DNA from: Patescibacteria group bacterium
GTDB taxonomy: Bacteria > Patescibacteriota > Microgenomatia > UBA1400 > 2-01-FULL-45-11
Assembly (NCBI GenBank): GCA_042569595.1
Contig: JBHPHI010000004.1
Coordinates: forward strand, 1-41,675
DNA length: 41,675 bases
Direction: 5' to 3'
Part shown: positions 38,506 through 41,675 of the stretch, in pieces
Position numbering within the stretch: the stretch's first letter is position 1
Layout of the letters: every line of letters starts with the position of its first letter
Made by a program: the position numbers and the translations under genes
The notes under the pieces: model-generated
What the model saw: only the letters and a program-made list of their open reading frames with translations
Databases searched by the model: none
Told to the model about the DNA's origin: nothing

Positions 38506-38676
38506 TTATATTAATAATTCATCTGCTTCTTTTGCAGACACAGCTCCAGCAGCCTCTAACGACTGAACAAGTCGTTCCTGCGCTTTCTGTATTAATTTAT
38601 ACTTTGTTGGAGCAGATATATTTGCTCTAACTAAATGCGCTAACTCTAAATGGCTGCTATATTTGTTTTTGCTCAT
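38506..38676 (-). CDS. Small hypothetical protein, 56 aa (MSKNKYSSHLELAHLVRANISAPTKYKLIQKAQERLVQSLEAAGAVSAKEADELLI)
   Basis: Translated by hand. Strong SD AGAGGTGA 6 nt before the ATG. Confidence 0.65.
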   Translation of the reverse strand: MSKNKYSSHLELAHLVRANISAPTKYKLIQKAQERLVQSLEAAGAVSAKEADELLI

Positions 38677-38726
38677 TTTTTATCACCTCTTTTCTATATT
38701 ATTTTAAAATTATTGTCTTTTACCCT

Positions 38727-38748
38727 CTCCTTTTTTTTGAAAAAGGAG
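38727..38748. repeat. Short palindromic hairpin
   Basis: CTCCTTTTT-TTTG-AAAAAGGAG, 9-bp stem. Confidence 0.6.
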
Positions 38749-38759
38749 GATCTAAAATG

Positions 38760-38787
38760 AAAAAAGCTAGCAGTGGTTGCTAGCTTT
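38760..38787 (-). terminator. Terminator of the upstream attenuator-like element
   Basis: Minus strand AAAGCTAGCA-ACCAC-TGCTAGCTTT followed by TTTCATTTT. Confidence 0.85.
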
Positions 38788-38814
38788 GTCGTTTATTAAC
38801 TTTTTGTTTTTAAC

Positions 38815-38883
38815 TTACGACAAAGCCACCTCCTTATTGATGAGTTGTTGGAAAATGATGGTGGTTGTCTTTATTATTTTCAT
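38815..38883 (-). CDS. Putative leader peptide MKIIKTTTIIFQQLINKEVALS (22 aa)
   Basis: ATG directly follows the TAA of the upstream ORF. Its 3' end forms the antiterminator arm. Confidence 0.65.
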   Translation of the reverse strand: MKIIKTTTIIFQQLINKEVALS

Positions 38884-39048
38884 TTATCTTAAGTGAGCTA
38901 CGTCTGACTCGTTAAGGCCGTACTTATCTACTAAGTGGTCTATAAGGTCCTGACGAACTTTATGGATTTTCTTTTCACTTCCATTCTGCCATGCACCCAG
39001 GGTGTTTTCAAGAAGATCTAAGTAATAGTCTGTTGATATTTTTGTCAT
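38884..39048 (-). CDS. Small hypothetical protein, 54 aa (MTKISTDYYLDLLENTLGAWQNGSEKKIHKVRQDLIDHLVDKYGLNESDVAHLR)
   Basis: Translated by hand. Open frame with protein-like composition in AT-rich DNA; stop abuts the next ATG. Confidence 0.55.
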   Translation of the reverse strand: MTKISTDYYLDLLENTLGAWQNGSEKKIHKVRQDLIDHLVDKYGLNESDVAHLR

Positions 39049-39197
39049 ATTACATGTATCCTAGAAAACTTCGAGTTAACATGCAATGAATATTTAATGT
39101 GCAGTATGTATTTGATGTGTAACTTGAGTAAACTTTTACTCTACTAGAGGAAATATCATACATAGTATGACAAATATTGATATCCTATAATTTTAAA

Positions 39198-41675
39198 TTA
39201 GTTAGAAAATACTATCTTTTTGCCTTTAGAAGAAACCTTGATTGTTGTGTCACTTATACCCTCTTGTAATATCTTTATTGCTAGAGGATCAAGTATGAGT
39301 GTTTGAATAAGTCTCTTGAGAGGTCTTGCTCCATAGACTGGATCATAACCTTCTTCAGCCAGGCGTTTTTGAACACTTTCATCAATCTTTAAAACAATAT
39401 TTTGATTTTCAAGTCTTTTTACAGCTTTTTCTATCTGAATCTTCACAATGTCTCTTAAGTTTTCTTTTGAGAGGGGCTCAAACATGATTATTTGATCCAA
39501 CCTATTTATAAACTCAGGCGGAAAGGTGTTTTCTGTCGTCTCCATTACTTTGCTTTGTATTTCCTTGCTGATTACTCCTCCAGATTCTTGAAGGTATTTT
39601 GAGCCAATATTGCTTGTCATGATTAGAATAGTATTTTTAAAATTTACAGTCTTTCCTTGTCCATCAGTCAACCTACCCTCATCAAAGATTTGCAGCAATG
39701 TGTTAAAAATTTGAGGATGTGCTTTTTCAATTTCATCAAAAAGAACAACAGTGTAAGGATTTCTTCTTACAGCCTCTGTGAGTTGCCCACCTTCTTCAAA
39801 GCCAATGTACCCTGGAGGAGCTCCAATAAGCCTAGCTATAGAATGTCTTTCTGAATACTCGCTCATATCTAGTCTCACCAAGGCTTTTTCGTCTGCGAAT
39901 TGAACCTCAGCAATAGCTTTTGTTGTTTCTGTTTTACCAACTCCTGTTGGTCCTAAGAATAAAAATGCTGCAATAGGTCTGTTTTCATCTCCAATACCTG
40001 CTCTGGATCGTCTAATTGCGTCTGCGGCTGCTTTTAAAGCCTCATCTTGCCCAATCACTCTCTTTCTAAGCTCTTCTTCCAAATTTATTAGTTTTTCTAC
40101 TTCACTTTTTAAAAGTTTTGCTACGGGGACTCCGCTCCATTTTGAAATAACTTTGGCGATATCGTCTTCTGTAACTTCTTCCTTTAGCAACCTATCTTCT
40201 TCTGGAATATTTTTCCATTGGGCTTCTATAGCTTTTATTTCCTCTTTTGTTTTTGGTAGTTTTCCATATTTTATTTTTGCAGCATCTTCTAATCTCACTT
40301 CTCTTTCAGCTTTCTCAAGATTTACATTTTGGTTTTCCAGCTCTTTTCTTAACTTTCTTAACTCTTCTATGATTCTTTGTTGTTCTTCCCACTTTTTTAC
40401 TAATTCGTTTTTTTGTTCCTTTAAGTCCGCTATTTTTTTCTCGATATCTAATTTCTTTTGCTTTGATTCTTCGTCTTTTTCTTTTTTTAGTCCTGCCACC
40501 TCTATTTCTAACTGAGTTAACTTTCTCTTTAAGCTATCTATGATTTCTGGCTCTGACTCTGTTTCTATCTTTAGACTAGAAGCCGCCTCATCCAAGGCAT
40601 CTATTGCTTTATCTGGCAAAAATCTGTCTGAAATGTATCGGTCGGATAAATTTGCCGCAGAAACTATTGCTTCATCTTGAATACGAATTCCGTGGTGAAG
40701 TTCATATTTTTCTTTTAATCCTCTCAAAATTGAAATAGTGTCTTCAACGTTGGGAGCATGTACCACAACAGGTTGGAAACGCCTTTCTAGAGCTGAGTCT
40801 TTTTCTATATGCTTTCTGTATTCTGAGATTGTGGTGGCTCCGATCATCTTCAGAGTACCTCTTGCTAACCCGGGCTTTAACATGTTTCCAGCGTCTACAG
40901 CCCCTTCTGCACTACCCGCCCCCACCACAGTGTGAAGTTCGTCTACAAATAAAATTACTTTACCTTCTTCTTTTTGAACTTGGTCAATAATAGATTTTAA
41001 TCTTTCTTCGAATTCACCTCTAAATTTAGCCCCGGCTAAAACTGAGGCCATTTCTAATACTAATAACTTTTTATTTTTTAGCGATTCTGGCACGTCCCCT
41101 TTTATTATTCTTTGCGCTAGCCCCTCTACAATCGCAGTTTTTCCGACGCCGGGCTCCCCAACTAATACAGGGTTGTTTTTTGTTCTTCTAGAAAGCACTT
41201 GCATTATGCGTCTTATTTCCTCGCCTCTACCTATTACTGGATCCAGTTTTCCTTCTTTGGCAAGTTGGGTTAAGTCTGTGGCGTACTTTTCTAAAGCTTT
41301 ATATGTGCTTTCTTGCGAGCTACTAGTTACTGGGCTGTTTTGTCTCATTTCTTCAATTTCTTTCTCAATTTCTTTGGATGTTATTCCAACTTTCTTGAGA
41401 ATATCATTTGATTGGCACTCTGTCAATGTGAGTGCTAACAATAAAACTTCTTGAGAGATATATTCATCTTTTCTTTTATTTGCTTCTGACTGTCCTGTCT
41501 TAATAATTCTTGCCAAAGATTGGCTTATTTGAGGTTCTAATTGCTCACCATCCATGACAGGCAATCTATTGACTACTGCCTGAGATTGACTCACAATTTC
41601 CTGATTATTGGCATACTTGTGAATAATTTCTTTAGCCACACCCTCCGACCCTGATAGAGCAAGTAGTAGGTGAAC
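39198..41675 (-). CDS. clpB: ClpB chaperone, 5'-partial
   Basis: [15 protein letters not shown], long coiled-coil M domain, [15 protein letters not shown]. The frame is open to the window end (VHLLLAL). Confidence 0.97.
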   Translation of the reverse strand, partial: VHLLLALSGSEGVAKEIIHKYANNQEIVSQSQAVVNRLPVMDGEQLEPQISQSLARIIKTGQSEANKRKDEYISQEVLLLALTLTECQSNDILKKVGITSKEIEKEIEEMRQNSPVTSSSQESTYKALEKYATDLTQLAKEGKLDPVIGRGEEIRRIMQVLSRRTKNNPVLVGEPGVGKTAIVEGLAQRIIKGDVPESLKNKKLLVLEMASVLAGAKFRGEFEERLKSIIDQVQKEEGKVILFVDELHTVVGAGSAEGAVDAGNMLKPGLARGTLKMIGATTISEYRKHIEKDSALERRFQPVVVHAPNVEDTISILRGLKEKYELHHGIRIQDEAIVSAANLSDRYISDRFLPDKAIDALDEAASSLKIETESEPEIIDSLKRKLTQLEIEVAGLKKEKDEESKQKKLDIEKKIADLKEQKNELVKKWEEQQRIIEELRKLRKELENQNVNLEKAEREVRLEDAAKIKYGKLPKTKEEIKAIEAQWKNIPEEDRLLKEEVTEDDIAKVISKWSGVPVAKLLKSEVEKLINLEEELRKRVIGQDEALKAAADAIRRSRAGIGDENRPIAAFLFLGPTGVGKTETTKAIAEVQFADEKALVRLDMSEYSERHSIARLIGAPPGYIGFEEGGQLTEAVRRNPYTVVLFDEIEKAHPQIFNTLLQIFDEGRLTDGQGKTVNFKNTILIMTSNIGSKYLQESGGVISKEIQSKVMETTENTFPPEFINRLDQIIMFEPLSKENLRDIVKIQIEKAVKRLENQNIVLKIDESVQKRLAEEGYDPVYGARPLKRLIQTLILDPLAIKILQEGISDTTIKVSSKGKKIVFSN

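Noticed and set aside
38742-38783. Plus-strand AAGGAGG-7-ATG giving MKKASSGC
   Set aside because: Eight codons antisense to the terminator. The SD-like sequence is one arm of a hairpin, and there is no other support.

Overview
AT-rich, gene-dense bacterial window with no phage, IS or CRISPR. It looks like a Patescibacteria/CPR (Microgenomates-like) chromosome fragment; this is inferred from the short HolA and AtpH, GatA 'NLDAWAHG' and minimal intergenic DNA. Genetic code 11. Content: truncated uvrB, lexA, folC, a 12-kb sugar-phosphate/gluconeogenesis cluster, holA-like, dinB, ruvC, the F1Fo atpBEFHAGDC operon, tRNA-Glu, tRNA-Lys, rplS, nucleotide genes (prs, pyrG, PRTase), dnaE, gatCAB and partial clpB. 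The main signals lie outside the ORF track. (1) Directly upstream of gatCAB is a 34-codon leader peptide ending Gln-Gln-Gln-Asn-Asn-Ile-Pro, with mutually exclusive protector, antiterminator and terminator helices. This is an apparent ribosome-mediated attenuator sensing the two products of GatCAB. (2) A second leader-peptide attenuator and two unannotated small ORFs lie just upstream. (3) An identical 17-bp tandem repeat overlaps the predicted promoters of both sugar-phosphate operons, one of which encodes an RHH DNA-binding domain fused to a degenerate nucleotidyltransferase. (4) Adjacent enolase-like and PEP-synthase-like genes have lost catalytic residues. (5) An 11-bp-period direct repeat precedes lexA, dinB and ruvC. 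Bases 1-51 are probably a fold-back artefact. All calls were made by eye, with no searches or folding runs.
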